The notes under the pieces are model-generated. The model was not told the DNA's origin, did no database searches, and saw only the letters and a list, made by a program, of their open reading frames with translations. Shown piece by piece: positions 52,701 through 62,385 of a stretch of 64,000 nt of DNA (the stretch's first letter is position 1; each line of letters begins with the position of its first letter). Origin of the DNA: a virus; IMG/VR virus record IMGVR_UViG_3300021599_001992, positions 22,066-86,065 of that record; one strand, given 5' to 3'. The position numbers were made by a program, and so were the translations under genes.

Positions 52701-54150
52701 ATTCTCAACACCATGTGATATTTTCACGGGTAATACTGATTGTAAGTTACAATCAAATATTATTATTGATATAACAGGTAATACAATTCAAAATGGGTCT
52801 TGGAGTTCGTGGCCGTTTTATATACGTAAAAATTGTGATAATGATTATAGTGACCCTTATGTTACTACAGGTATCACAATGTATAGAGTTGATGGAAATA
52901 CTTGTAGATTTTTACTTACTGGTTTCACTGAAAATGACGAAATTGATTTTATATTCACTGATGCTGCAAACTGTGAAGTGAAGGCAAAAATATTAGGATT
53001 ACAATTAAAATATGTAACTTATAATTCTTCAACAGGGTATACAATACAACCTAAAGTTCAGTATCGTAACACATATAATCATGGATTAAAGCATGATACA
53101 ATCGTATATAGAGTAACAGGTGCAACACCAACTATTGCAAATAGTAGACAAGTATATGTGAAAGATTTGACACCTGGTGATGAACTTTTATCTGCAATTT
53201 ATTTACCGTGTTCAGGATTTACAAATCAACAATTTCAAAATGCAGATCAAAATAATGATTATAGTTTTACATACTCATTAACATCACATACAATATCAAG
53301 AATAGATTGTTTAGGTTCTGTTAAAAAAAGTGTAATTGTTGCGAGACCAAAAGGAACAACAGGATCACAAGATCAAACATTTGAAATTTTACCAACAACA
53401 AGAGTTAGGGTTTTCACAAAATATGAAGTTGATGAAGATACATTTGTAGTATCAAAAGTTAAAGTTCCATTTTTTGATAACAGATTACCTGAATTTTTAC
53501 AGGTAAAACCACCTCAACAAATTGAACCTTGTTGTGACTATCCTGATGATTATTATAAAACGGGAGATTATTTAATCACTGAAGAGGGCGAATTATTAGA
53601 GGTAATCTCAGTAGATTTAAATTATTGTGAATCGAATGTATATCACAATATAAATTTTGAATCACCACAACCAACAAATTTAATAACACTTAATGGTAAT
53701 ATTAATTACAAAATATTATTACAACACGAATACGAGGAATTTGAACTGGATAATATAGGGTTACAACAGTACTATATTAACGATGATTGTTGTCCATATG
53801 ATGATGATACCATGAGTATCACAGCATTAACAAGAAATTATGAAACTGTTTGTTCAACATCTAATTTGGCAACACCATGTCCAACATTACCTATATTACC
53901 AATTGAACCTACACCAACACCTACACCAACTCCAACTGCAACCCCAACACCTACACCAACTCCAACGGCAACCCCAACACCTACACCAACCCCAACACCT
54001 ACACAAACCTTAACACCTACACCAACCTCAACACCAACTCCGACACCTACACCAACTCCGACACCAACTTCTGCAACAAAAAGAATATTACAAGAAGATG
54101 GAAATAAAATTTTAGGTGAAAATGGAGATTATTTAAACTATGAACCATAA
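49714..54150 (+). CDS. Baseplate wedge gp7/P2 gpI-like protein with C-terminal degenerate Hint-like domain and TP linker
   Basis: NLPDILLKNLSTTLG and NLAYIYKSKGTQKSLSFFL motifs; C-terminal TP tract and RILQEDGNKILGENG. Confidence 0.6.
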   Translation: MAKRKVPSQAASGADTFNDNLVGNQITNGSAQLTNTNFDLDTSTPEKESKQFKINPFSEYFTLDKLKVDPTVTPTTEESVVQKKKSIRFRTSKNDAGKSLYGSLKSRLRVSIEQIIKKFPAALYVDKDSPVTISGLTAFQASYDISSKTTQFKIEAAMIYNVFDIKLTKPKAVGAKSSENPLRDLFSSFKKYVVDINGNTYDILNYTQPNSSNIITLKVSGNIFNNASTYSNSFLIRPNNAVTEEFFLSLDDVEECLLNRDGSPKYTSRFKVPRDSFDQTKTSLVTVEYSWPLSKDNWNIQIVGLDFNEYITNVSDIADEIDDYKSNIVTRFLVAPQLFEFDTQDQKTEAIFQLYGQSFDNIKKFIDNIAYMRNVSYDGINNLPDILLKNLSTTLGLDTISLFDEKNLDELLYTKTSTQYSGLTFGSSIIDAEYEFYRRMLINLAYIYKSKGTQKSLSFFLKFIGAADPMMKLEQYAYKVKSFPKSNDLESDIFDVINGVKTLNTASFNSNTYSYETSSVTGTTNLDRDGYPVERNSTLPKFLSGSSENQFFQAGSGWYDLTSNHRPTTILDEENSILTGRTKTVVTKNKPYSYGEEYFDNFRTLPGLDTGYDLEPIIDSEKTLLNETSPFILNRKNIGIYLSVSQTVDYDIYRKSRDLELSFGSATLLPQTGLTFAEFLDKTIHQQITNSHTIRYRKNYIKLEDIYQDYITNNNFVPYNFPDVHEFITRMSPYWTKVLDQIIPSTTLWTGGNLIENNLFGRPKYQYKFGCQPKEFIEELYPDFENAIEEDIETLLGYEDNFRGLINLTGVTYYPVIEIDGIKYGGPDYDDLTTGMTIVISGTTSVSGLSAALHTGYTLNTCEGTSSAQTLPLICDYKTHLSPDVDAIKNLWKSAISTLIDEGINKTVTGYSSTAGYEDYAPYTAYTSGITRTMDNGLIEYKPKIKYKFFTDVDGVEKVKFTSIKYGPNDCSVENYFTYSFMTDPSISPSCDMYVEFSTPCDIFTGNTDCKLQSNIIIDITGNTIQNGSWSSWPFYIRKNCDNDYSDPYVTTGITMYRVDGNTCRFLLTGFTENDEIDFIFTDAANCEVKAKILGLQLKYVTYNSSTGYTIQPKVQYRNTYNHGLKHDTIVYRVTGATPTIANSRQVYVKDLTPGDELLSAIYLPCSGFTNQQFQNADQNNDYSFTYSLTSHTISRIDCLGSVKKSVIVARPKGTTGSQDQTFEILPTTRVRVFTKYEVDEDTFVVSKVKVPFFDNRLPEFLQVKPPQQIEPCCDYPDDYYKTGDYLITEEGELLEVISVDLNYCESNVYHNINFESPQPTNLITLNGNINYKILLQHEYEEFELDNIGLQQYYINDDCCPYDDDTMSITALTRNYETVCSTSNLATPCPTLPILPIEPTPTPTPTPTATPTPTPTPTATPTPTPTPTPTQTLTPTPTSTPTPTPTPTPTPTSATKRILQEDGNKILGENGDYLNYEP

Positions 54151-54182
54151 ATAAAATATTTATAATTAATTCATAAAACAAA

Positions 54183-57100
54183 ATGTACGATAAGAAGATA
54201 ACAGAACTACCCTCCGGCTCGCTTACAGCAGTTACTAATGATTCGAATACAAATCCAGGAGCAACGTCTCCTGATATAACACCCGATGATTGGGATCTGA
54301 TGACATCAGTGGGTTCATCAGGTACATCAGGTTCTGCGGGTACATCAGGATCAAGCGGAACGTCAGGTAGTTCAGGTACGTCTGGAACATCTGGTACCTC
54401 AGGATCAAGCGGTACTTCAGGTAGTTCGGGTACGTCCGGTACGAGTGGATCATCAGGGACAAGCGGATCTTCGGGATCAACAGGAACATCAGGTACCTCA
54501 GGATCAAGCGGATCGTCAGGAACAAGTGGTTTAAATGGTGATAGATATAAAACAACATCAACAAGTACTTTTACATTACCAAATAGTGGTACATTAACAG
54601 TTGGAACGGATTTATCATATTCAACCGCACAATCTATTGTAATTGCGGTAAGCGGTGATCCAACAACATATCAAGAATGTATCGTAACATCATATAATCC
54701 ATCAACAGGTCAATTACAATTTAGTGCACCAACTTCTTCAACAGGAGGAGGTACATATACCGCTTGGGAAATTAATCTCGATGGTGCAACAGGACAAAAT
54801 GGTACTTCAGGTACGTCTGGTACATCAGGAACATCTGGTTCAGACGGATCTTCGGGAACCTCTGGTTCAAATGGAACATCTGGAACATCTGGTAGTTCAG
54901 GAACATCGGGTAGTGCTGGTACATCAGGTACTTCAGGTACTTCAGGTTCTTCAGGTACAAGTGGATCTTCTGGTACTTCAGGAACTTCTGGTTCGGACGG
55001 ATCTTCAGGTACAAGTGGAACCTCAGGTACATCAGGAACTTCTGGTTCATCAGGAACCACGGGTTCATCTGGTACAAGTGGATCATCAGGATCTTCGGGG
55101 TCTTCTGGTACATCGGGAATTGATGGCACATCAGGAACAAGTGGTTCATCTGGTTCATCGGGTACATCAGGTACATCTGGTACGGATGGTTCCAGTGGTA
55201 CAAGTGGAACAAGTGGTAGTTCGGGTACGTCCGGTTCATCAGGAACGTCAGGTAGTGCTGGTACATCAGGAACATCAGGTACATCAGGATCTTCAGGAAC
55301 TTCAGGTAGTTCGGGTATAAGTGGGGACAAATATTTTACAACTTCAAATACAAATTTTTCAGTTTCACCAAGCGGAACAACAATAAATTTCACAGGTGGA
55401 ACGAATTTAGCATATACAACGGTACAATCTGTTATTGTTGTTAATAGTCCCTCAAATTATATGGAGGGAGAGATAGTTTCATATGATTTAAATACAGGTG
55501 CATTTTCTGTATATGTTACAAGATCTTTCGGTAGTGGAACATATAATTCTTGGGAAATTAATCTTGATGGTGCTTCTGGTGGTGACGGTACTTCAGGTAC
55601 AAGTGGAACCTCAGGTACATCAGGTACAAGTGGTTCATCAGGCACATCAGGTTCATCTGGTACATCGGGATTAGATGGTACACACGGGTCTTCAGGAACA
55701 AGTGGAACCTCAGGTGCTGACGGTACTTCAGGTAGTTCAGGTTTAGATGGTTCATCAGGTACATCTGGTACAAGCGGTAATCAAGGTTTAGAAGGTCACT
55801 TAGCAATATGGAAGTATAGTTCAAGTAACGATACATCTTCAGACCCAACATCGGGCTATTTTAGATTTAATATAACAGATTGGGGAACATCACCATCTGC
55901 ATTGGCGGTTAGTGATATTGCGTATATCCCTTCGTTATCAAGTTTTACAACATTTTTAAATAATTTACAAATTGGATCATACTTGAAATTTGTCAAGAAA
56001 AATGATCCGATGACATTCAAGACATTAAGAATTGATGCGATAAATCCATTACAATCTTCCTATGAGGATTATGTGGTTTCACAAGTATCTTCTGGAGGAT
56101 CATTACCAAATAATGACGATGAATTCTTAGTAATACCAATTGGTATTGCTGGATCTTCAGGAACGTCAGGTAGTTCAGGAACATCTGGTACAAGTGGATC
56201 ATCTGGTTCATCTGGTAGTTCAGGAACATCTGGTACAAGTGGATCATCTGGTTCGACTGGTACAAGTGGAACATCTGGTTCATCGGGATCTTCGGGAAGT
56301 TCTGGTACAAGTGGAACATCTGGTTCATCGGGATCTTCGGGAAGTTCTGGTGCGGGTGTTATGAACTATTATGCTTCTTATAGTAGTAATCAAACACAAA
56401 ATGTTACCGCATCGAATACACCAACAATTGTATCATATACAGATACTGAAATTGAAAATGGTATTACATTATTGAGTGGAAATACCGTTCAAGTAAATTA
56501 TAATGGTATATATGAGTTTTCATATTCACCACAAGTGGAAAAAACTCAAGGAACAGAATCTTTAATGAGTTTTTGGCTTCGAGTAAATGGAACAGATGTT
56601 CCGAGATCAGATTCATATATTGATTTGGTTGCGAATTCTACGCTACAATTACCTTTTGTTAGTATAATATTAGATTTAACTCAAGGTGATGAAGTACAAC
56701 TTGTCATGGCAAGTGAATCTCAATATGCTCGACTTACTGCATTAAGTGGAACAACAACTCCTTTTATTGCACCAGCCGCACCATCTATTATAGTTAATAT
56801 TAAAAATATTGGTGTAGCTGCAGTTGCATACACCTCAACATCAGGATCATCTGGTACATCAGGAACAAGTGGTACATCAGGTTCTTCAGGAAGTACTGGT
56901 ACATCAGGAACAAGTGGATCTTCCGGTTCAAGTGGTAGTTCAGGTACTTCAGGAACATCAGGTACATCAGGATCTTCAGGAACATCGGGATCATCGGGAA
57001 CAAGTGGAACTTCAGGATCATCTGGTAGTTCAGGAACTTCAGGATCATCTGGTAGTAGTGGTAGTAGCGGTACTTCAGGTACATCAGGTTCATCTGGCAC

Positions 57101-60100
57101 TTCAGGAACAAGTGGTACTTCAGGTTCATCCGGAACTGCGGGTACTTCAGGAACATCAGGTACATCAGGATCTTCTGGAAGTAGTGGTACATCTGGTACT
57201 TCAGGAACATCTGGTTCATCAGGTAGTTCCGGATCTGCTGGTACATCAGGTACTTCAGGTCTCTCAAATTCCTTTTTTAATTATCAAGCAAAAACAAACT
57301 CAACAAGTGGTGATCCTGGAACAAGTTTCATACTATGGGATAATGTGTCTCAGACAGGTGCAACAAGTTTAAATATAAGTGATACCGATGGTTTAAATAA
57401 TAATCTTGATATTTTCTTAGGAACACTTGCATCGGGATCTGTTATAGTTTTACAAGATCAATCAAGCCATTTGAATTACCAAAGATGGATGATTGGTACA
57501 TCAGTTGATAATACAACTTATTATACGTTTCCTTCAACTTTACAAAGTCAAGGTGGATCGTCTATATTTTCAAATAATCAACAACTCTTATTAATAATTG
57601 GATCAACACCATCGGGAACATCAGGTTCTTCTGGTACATCAGGAACAAGTGGGTCAAACGGATCATCAGGCACTTCAGGTTCTTCTGGAACAAGTGGAAC
57701 AAGCGGGTCTGCGGGCACATCAGGATCAGACGGTTCATCAGGAACCTCAGGTACATCAGGATCTTCTGGTACCTCTGGTTCATCAGGAACATCAGGAACT
57801 TCAGGATCATCTGGTTCTTCAGGAAGTAGTGGTACATCAGGAACAAGTGGATCTTCCGGTTCAAGTGGTACATCAGGGTCATCCGGTACTTCAGGAACAT
57901 CAGGTACTTCAGGTATAAATGGATCAAGTGGAACCTCAGGTACATCAGGTACTTCAGGAACAAGTGGTTCAAGTGGATCATCAGGATCTACAGGGACAAG
58001 TGGATCTTCAGGATCCTCAGGCACATCTGGAACATCTGGTATTTCTGGATCAAGTGGATCATCAGGAACAAGTGGTACTTCTGGTTCAAGTGGATCTACA
58101 GGTACATCTGGTACATCAGGAACAAGTGGTAGTAGTGGATCTACAGGTACATCTGGTACATCAGGTTCAAGTGGATCATCGGGTACATCAGGAACATCTG
58201 GCACAAGTGGTTCTTCGGGTTCGAGTGGATCATCGGGTACATCTGGTACAAGTTTTGTATTTGATAGTTCAGGATGTGATCCCGATTACGTTTGGGAACA
58301 ATATAATTCAACATCATATTATAGAACAGAAGTTACAGGTGCAACTGCACCAACCTCAGCAATCAATTTGACTGGACGTACATTAAATGTGTACAGTAGT
58401 TTCGGTACACAATTCATGTCGAGTGATTTTAATTCAAATGGTACAGGCACTTACGATTTTCAATATAGTACACCTCAATCAGGTGGAAGTTATACAGGAA
58501 CAACTTGGGGTAACCCCAACTTATCAACTGTCGGTCCGTTGAATAGATGTGCATTATGGACCAATCCATATGGAAGTGCACCTATTGATACTTGGGTTGG
58601 ATTCTCAGTTTGTTTAAGTGGATTTACTTCAGAAAAAACATATTATGTTGGTATAGGTGGGGACAATGAGTATAGATTTGTACTTGACGGCGTTGAAATT
58701 TTAAACACGTATGGAAATGTTTGGAATGACGAACAATTTAAATGGTGGCATGTTTATCCTATTCAAATAGGTGGAGGTACACATATTCTTGAAATATATG
58801 GTTTAAACTTAGGAAGTGATGCAGGTTTTGGTTGTGAAATTTATGACAATACGTTATCAGAATTAACAGGTGCAACATCTTACTCTGAATTAAATGTAGT
58901 TTATACAACAAGTGGAGAAACAACCGCAACAATAGTACAAGATATAAATGGAGATTATTTATCATCAGGATACACATGTCCATCTGGTTTTGTTTATTCA
59001 GAGTGTAGTGGTAATTGTGTAAGTACAATCTTCTGTACCGCCGGACAAGTTGGATCTTCTGGTACTTCTGGTACTTCAGGTACTTCAGGAACATCAGGTA
59101 TAAATGGAACATCTGGTACTTCAGGTACTTCAGGAACATCAGGTATAAATGGAACATCTGGTACTTCAGGTACGAGTGGATCAGATGGTTCATCAGGTAC
59201 TTCAGGTACCTCAGGTTCAAGTGGATCATCGGGTACATCAGGTACTTCAGGTTCAAGCGGATCTTCCGGTTCAAGCGGATCTTCCGGTTCAAGTGGAAGC
59301 TCTGGTAGCTCGGGTACTTCAGGTACATCAGGATCAAGCGGATCTTCCGGTTCAAGTGGATCATCAGGTACTTCAGGTACCTCAGGTTCAAGTGGATCAT
59401 CGGGTACATCAGGTACTTCAGGTTCAAGCGGATCGTCAGGAACATCAGGTGATTCAATTTTTGCTCAAACGGGATCATATTGGTCAACAACAAATAATTT
59501 AAAAGTTACAGGTTCATTAGATGTTAAAGGTACAATAAGTGCTAACGAATTTTTTGTTACATATGTATCGTCATCGGTAATGTACTCATCAGGATCAACA
59601 AAATTTGGTGACACATTGGATGATAATCATCAATTTACAGGATCGATTTATGTTAATGGATTTACAACAGGATCAACATCAACTGAAGTTGTTGTTTATA
59701 ATACATTAACAGGAAAATTAGAAACAAAAACAAATGCATCTTCTTCTGGAACATCAGGATCATCTGGTTCTTCAGGTACGTCTGGTGTGAATGGAACTTC
59801 TGGTACTTCAGGTTCTAATGGATCATCGGGTACATCAGGATCATCTGGTTCTTCAGGAAGTAGTGGTTCAAGCGGATCATCTGGTTCTTCAGGAAGTAGT
59901 GGTTCAAGTGGTTCTTCAGGAAGTAGTGGTTCAAGTGGTTCTTCAGGGTCAAGCGGTTCATCAGGTAGTTCTGGAACATCAGGATCTAATGGTTCTTCTG
60001 GAACATCAGGATCTAATGGTTCTTCTGGAACATCAGGATCTAATGGTTCATCTGGCACATCGGGATCTAATGGTTCTTCTGGCACATCGGGATCTAATGG

Positions 60101-60983
60101 TTCTTCTGGAACATCAGGAGCGGCAACGATTAACAACAATAACGACAATTATGTATTGACTGCAACAGGTACAAGTGGACTAATTAATGGTGAAGCTTAT
60201 TTCACATTTAATGGACAAAGTGCACTTATTAAGAATGATTCTGCAGGAAATACAACTGTACTTGCTTCAGTATATACAGGGGCCACTCTATCAAGTTTAC
60301 AGGAAGTAAATTTAATAAACGCAAGTGTTGCTGCCAGATCTGCAAATTTCAACATATCATATAGAGAAGGTGAAATTACACCAACTGATATGATGCATAT
60401 CTACTCACAAGGTGGATTCTACATGAAAATTTATGATGATGTTGCAGCAACCAATAGATTTCACAGATTCGATGATAGTGGTAAAGTTGGATTCAATAGT
60501 AGTACTGCACCAACATATCATTTAGAAGTTAACGGTAGCCAAAAAATTATATCAGGTGCACTTGGTGTTAATGTAAATCCAAATGCTACCGCCGGTAGAA
60601 TAGATGCTTCGAATGATGTTGTGGCATATTCATCTGATAAAAGATTAAAAACTAATATTAAACCAATTGAAAATTCATTAGATAAAGTATTATCATTAAA
60701 AGGTTTCACTTATAATTGGAATGAATTGGCAAAAGAAGTTGCAAACTTTAATACAGAAGAAAGTTTAGTCGGTGTGTTTGCACAAGAAATTAAAGATGTA
60801 CTTCCTGAGGCAGTAAAACTTGCACCATTTGATAATGATGGTAACGATAATTCGAAGAGTGGTGAAAATTACTTAACTGTTCAGTATGAAAAAATTGTAC
60901 CATTATTAATCGAGGCAATTAAAGAACAACAAAATCAAATAAACGAATTAAAAAAAATTATTGAAAATGGAACTAATTCTTAA
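54183..60983 (+). CDS. Long tail fibre with Gly-Ser/Thr-Ser triplet tracts, C1q/TNF-like and PA14-like modules, and C-terminal peptidase S74 intramolecular chaperone
   Basis: 2266 aa; eight G-X-X tracts; SSDKRLKTNIKPIENSLDKVLSLKGFTYNWN...QYEKIVPLLIEAIKEQQ. Confidence 0.85.
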   Translation: MYDKKITELPSGSLTAVTNDSNTNPGATSPDITPDDWDLMTSVGSSGTSGSAGTSGSSGTSGSSGTSGTSGTSGSSGTSGSSGTSGTSGSSGTSGSSGSTGTSGTSGSSGSSGTSGLNGDRYKTTSTSTFTLPNSGTLTVGTDLSYSTAQSIVIAVSGDPTTYQECIVTSYNPSTGQLQFSAPTSSTGGGTYTAWEINLDGATGQNGTSGTSGTSGTSGSDGSSGTSGSNGTSGTSGSSGTSGSAGTSGTSGTSGSSGTSGSSGTSGTSGSDGSSGTSGTSGTSGTSGSSGTTGSSGTSGSSGSSGSSGTSGIDGTSGTSGSSGSSGTSGTSGTDGSSGTSGTSGSSGTSGSSGTSGSAGTSGTSGTSGSSGTSGSSGISGDKYFTTSNTNFSVSPSGTTINFTGGTNLAYTTVQSVIVVNSPSNYMEGEIVSYDLNTGAFSVYVTRSFGSGTYNSWEINLDGASGGDGTSGTSGTSGTSGTSGSSGTSGSSGTSGLDGTHGSSGTSGTSGADGTSGSSGLDGSSGTSGTSGNQGLEGHLAIWKYSSSNDTSSDPTSGYFRFNITDWGTSPSALAVSDIAYIPSLSSFTTFLNNLQIGSYLKFVKKNDPMTFKTLRIDAINPLQSSYEDYVVSQVSSGGSLPNNDDEFLVIPIGIAGSSGTSGSSGTSGTSGSSGSSGSSGTSGTSGSSGSTGTSGTSGSSGSSGSSGTSGTSGSSGSSGSSGAGVMNYYASYSSNQTQNVTASNTPTIVSYTDTEIENGITLLSGNTVQVNYNGIYEFSYSPQVEKTQGTESLMSFWLRVNGTDVPRSDSYIDLVANSTLQLPFVSIILDLTQGDEVQLVMASESQYARLTALSGTTTPFIAPAAPSIIVNIKNIGVAAVAYTSTSGSSGTSGTSGTSGSSGSTGTSGTSGSSGSSGSSGTSGTSGTSGSSGTSGSSGTSGTSGSSGSSGTSGSSGSSGSSGTSGTSGSSGTSGTSGTSGSSGTAGTSGTSGTSGSSGSSGTSGTSGTSGSSGSSGSAGTSGTSGLSNSFFNYQAKTNSTSGDPGTSFILWDNVSQTGATSLNISDTDGLNNNLDIFLGTLASGSVIVLQDQSSHLNYQRWMIGTSVDNTTYYTFPSTLQSQGGSSIFSNNQQLLLIIGSTPSGTSGSSGTSGTSGSNGSSGTSGSSGTSGTSGSAGTSGSDGSSGTSGTSGSSGTSGSSGTSGTSGSSGSSGSSGTSGTSGSSGSSGTSGSSGTSGTSGTSGINGSSGTSGTSGTSGTSGSSGSSGSTGTSGSSGSSGTSGTSGISGSSGSSGTSGTSGSSGSTGTSGTSGTSGSSGSTGTSGTSGSSGSSGTSGTSGTSGSSGSSGSSGTSGTSFVFDSSGCDPDYVWEQYNSTSYYRTEVTGATAPTSAINLTGRTLNVYSSFGTQFMSSDFNSNGTGTYDFQYSTPQSGGSYTGTTWGNPNLSTVGPLNRCALWTNPYGSAPIDTWVGFSVCLSGFTSEKTYYVGIGGDNEYRFVLDGVEILNTYGNVWNDEQFKWWHVYPIQIGGGTHILEIYGLNLGSDAGFGCEIYDNTLSELTGATSYSELNVVYTTSGETTATIVQDINGDYLSSGYTCPSGFVYSECSGNCVSTIFCTAGQVGSSGTSGTSGTSGTSGINGTSGTSGTSGTSGINGTSGTSGTSGSDGSSGTSGTSGSSGSSGTSGTSGSSGSSGSSGSSGSSGSSGSSGTSGTSGSSGSSGSSGSSGTSGTSGSSGSSGTSGTSGSSGSSGTSGDSIFAQTGSYWSTTNNLKVTGSLDVKGTISANEFFVTYVSSSVMYSSGSTKFGDTLDDNHQFTGSIYVNGFTTGSTSTEVVVYNTLTGKLETKTNASSSGTSGSSGSSGTSGVNGTSGTSGSNGSSGTSGSSGSSGSSGSSGSSGSSGSSGSSGSSGSSGSSGSSGSSGSSGSSGTSGSNGSSGTSGSNGSSGTSGSNGSSGTSGSNGSSGTSGSNGSSGTSGAATINNNNDNYVLTATGTSGLINGEAYFTFNGQSALIKNDSAGNTTVLASVYTGATLSSLQEVNLINASVAARSANFNISYREGEITPTDMMHIYSQGGFYMKIYDDVAATNRFHRFDDSGKVGFNSSTAPTYHLEVNGSQKIISGALGVNVNPNATAGRIDASNDVVAYSSDKRLKTNIKPIENSLDKVLSLKGFTYNWNELAKEVANFNTEESLVGVFAQEIKDVLPEAVKLAPFDNDGNDNSKSGENYLTVQYEKIVPLLIEAIKEQQNQINELKKIIENGTNS
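54311..60122 (+). repeat. Interspersed degenerate 9-bp (GTS/GSS codon) tandem repeat tracts
   Basis: Tracts at approximately 54311-54540, 54780-55330, 55570-55790, 56150-56360, 56840-57265, 57612-58252, 59050-59452 and 59745-60122. Confidence 0.9.
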
Positions 60984-61158
60984 AAACGAGTCAGAAAAAA
61001 CTAATAAATTTTTATTAATGTTATTATTAATTTCAACACTAATGTACGGATTATTTATGTTAGATAACAATCAAACAAAAAAAACACAAACAATTAATCA
61101 ATCGTATTATCAAAATATGATGATTAATTCAACTGATACAATTTATCCATTACATTAA
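60967..61158 (+). CDS. Small protein with one hydrophobic (transmembrane-like) segment
   Basis: KFLLMLLLISTLMYGLFML; likely ATG at 60967. Confidence 0.5.
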   Translation: MELILKNESEKTNKFLLMLLLISTLMYGLFMLDNNQTKKTQTINQSYYQNMMINSTDTIYPLH

Positions 61159-61181
61159 AGTTAAAAATATTTTAAAACAAT

Positions 61182-61207
61182 AAACCCTTCAATTTGAAGG
61201 GTTTTTT
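61182..61207 (+). terminator. Intrinsic terminator after fibre operon
   Basis: AAACCCTTCA-ATT-TGAAGGGTTT followed by a T-run. Confidence 0.8.
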
Positions 61208-61240
61208 ATTTAATTTTCTTTGAGTTGTATTTATTATATC

Positions 61241-62370
61241 ATGGGGTTGAACATTAGATTACACAATATAGACTTAGAAAATAATTTTACATTATTTTAC
61301 AAAACCGGAACAACTTTAGGAAGTCATGTCTCTGGTTTTTCTGCATATTCTATAGGTGCAAATAGTGGTGTGATCTATACAGGATCAACTTATAGAGATT
61401 ATGATGTTAATCCTATTGTTTTTACGGGTGCAACATTTAATACACAATATTGGTTCAAATTTGTCTATACAGGTGAAACAACTGACACAGGGTATCTAAT
61501 ACAAAACATATACACACATGATTCAATTTACTATGGTGACTGTGTTGGATGTTGTGATATTGGATTAGTAGTTGGTGGAGGTGTTTTTTATGTTGCTAAT
61601 TGTGCTCCACCAATAATAGATAGTTTGATATGTAATAACGACCCAACGCCAACCAACACCAACCCCAACAGAACCGTGTGAATGTGTATATTTTGATGTA
61701 ACAATTTCTTCAAATGATTTGTTGTCAGCAACAGGAAACACAAATCCGTCTGAAGATGGTAAGGTATATGTATTGTATTGGAATTGCCCTGAATTATTAA
61801 CACAAGAAGAATTAATATATGACACTGACGGTACATATACAAACGCATTTTGTTCAACAATAAATGGTGATTATCAACCAATAGTTTATTATTATCACGA
61901 TGACCAACAAGAATTTGGTTCAAGTTATCCGATAACACCGTTCCAAGTGTTGTCAACATATGAAGATACAGGAGTTTGCTGTACATCTCCTACACCTACA
62001 CCAACACCCACTCCGACACCCACAGAAGCTTCAATGATACCTTTAACTATTAGATGCACATCATTTGCGTCACATAGTGAAACAGATTTAAGAGTATGGG
62101 TTAAAGATGTCAAATTACCCAAATGTTAGTAGTGCAATATATGCGAATATTGGTGATATGATTTATATTGGATTAACAAACACCGGTGATCAAGATATTC
62201 AATTTGGTGAAGGACAAAATCAAGATAATACAGAAGCAATTGATATAAATAATTATATTGGATATTGTGGTAAAACAACACCATACAGTTTTGTTGCAAC
62301 CTCAAGTAATATAATTTATTTCAATATACTTGTTAATTCCAGTGGAGTAGGAGTTTTTGTTACTTGTTAA
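61241..62370 (+). pseudogene. Cys-rich TP-linker structural gene interrupted by two frameshifts (three ORF pieces)
   Basis: ATG 61241 follows TATTTAT. The TP register switches frame near 61650 (PTP to TNTNPN, while the +1 frame reads PTPTPTEPCECVYF). A second switch occurs near 62107. Confidence 0.55.
62016..62106 (+). repeat. Direct repeat copy 1 (91 bp, identical to 63910-64000)
   Basis: ACACCCACAGAAGCTTCAATG...GTATGGGTTAAAG. Confidence 0.95.
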
Positions 62371-62385
62371 TAATTAATATAAAAT

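Noticed and set aside
54311-60122. CRISPR array
   Set aside because: The repeats are in-frame degenerate coding triplets without constant repeat/unique spacer structure.
54235-60159. Many alternative-frame and minus-strand ORFs (PDVPEVP..., HQVLQV..., MYLMFL...) over the fibre gene
   Set aside because: Shadows of the stop-poor 9-bp repeat; no independent starts or promoters.
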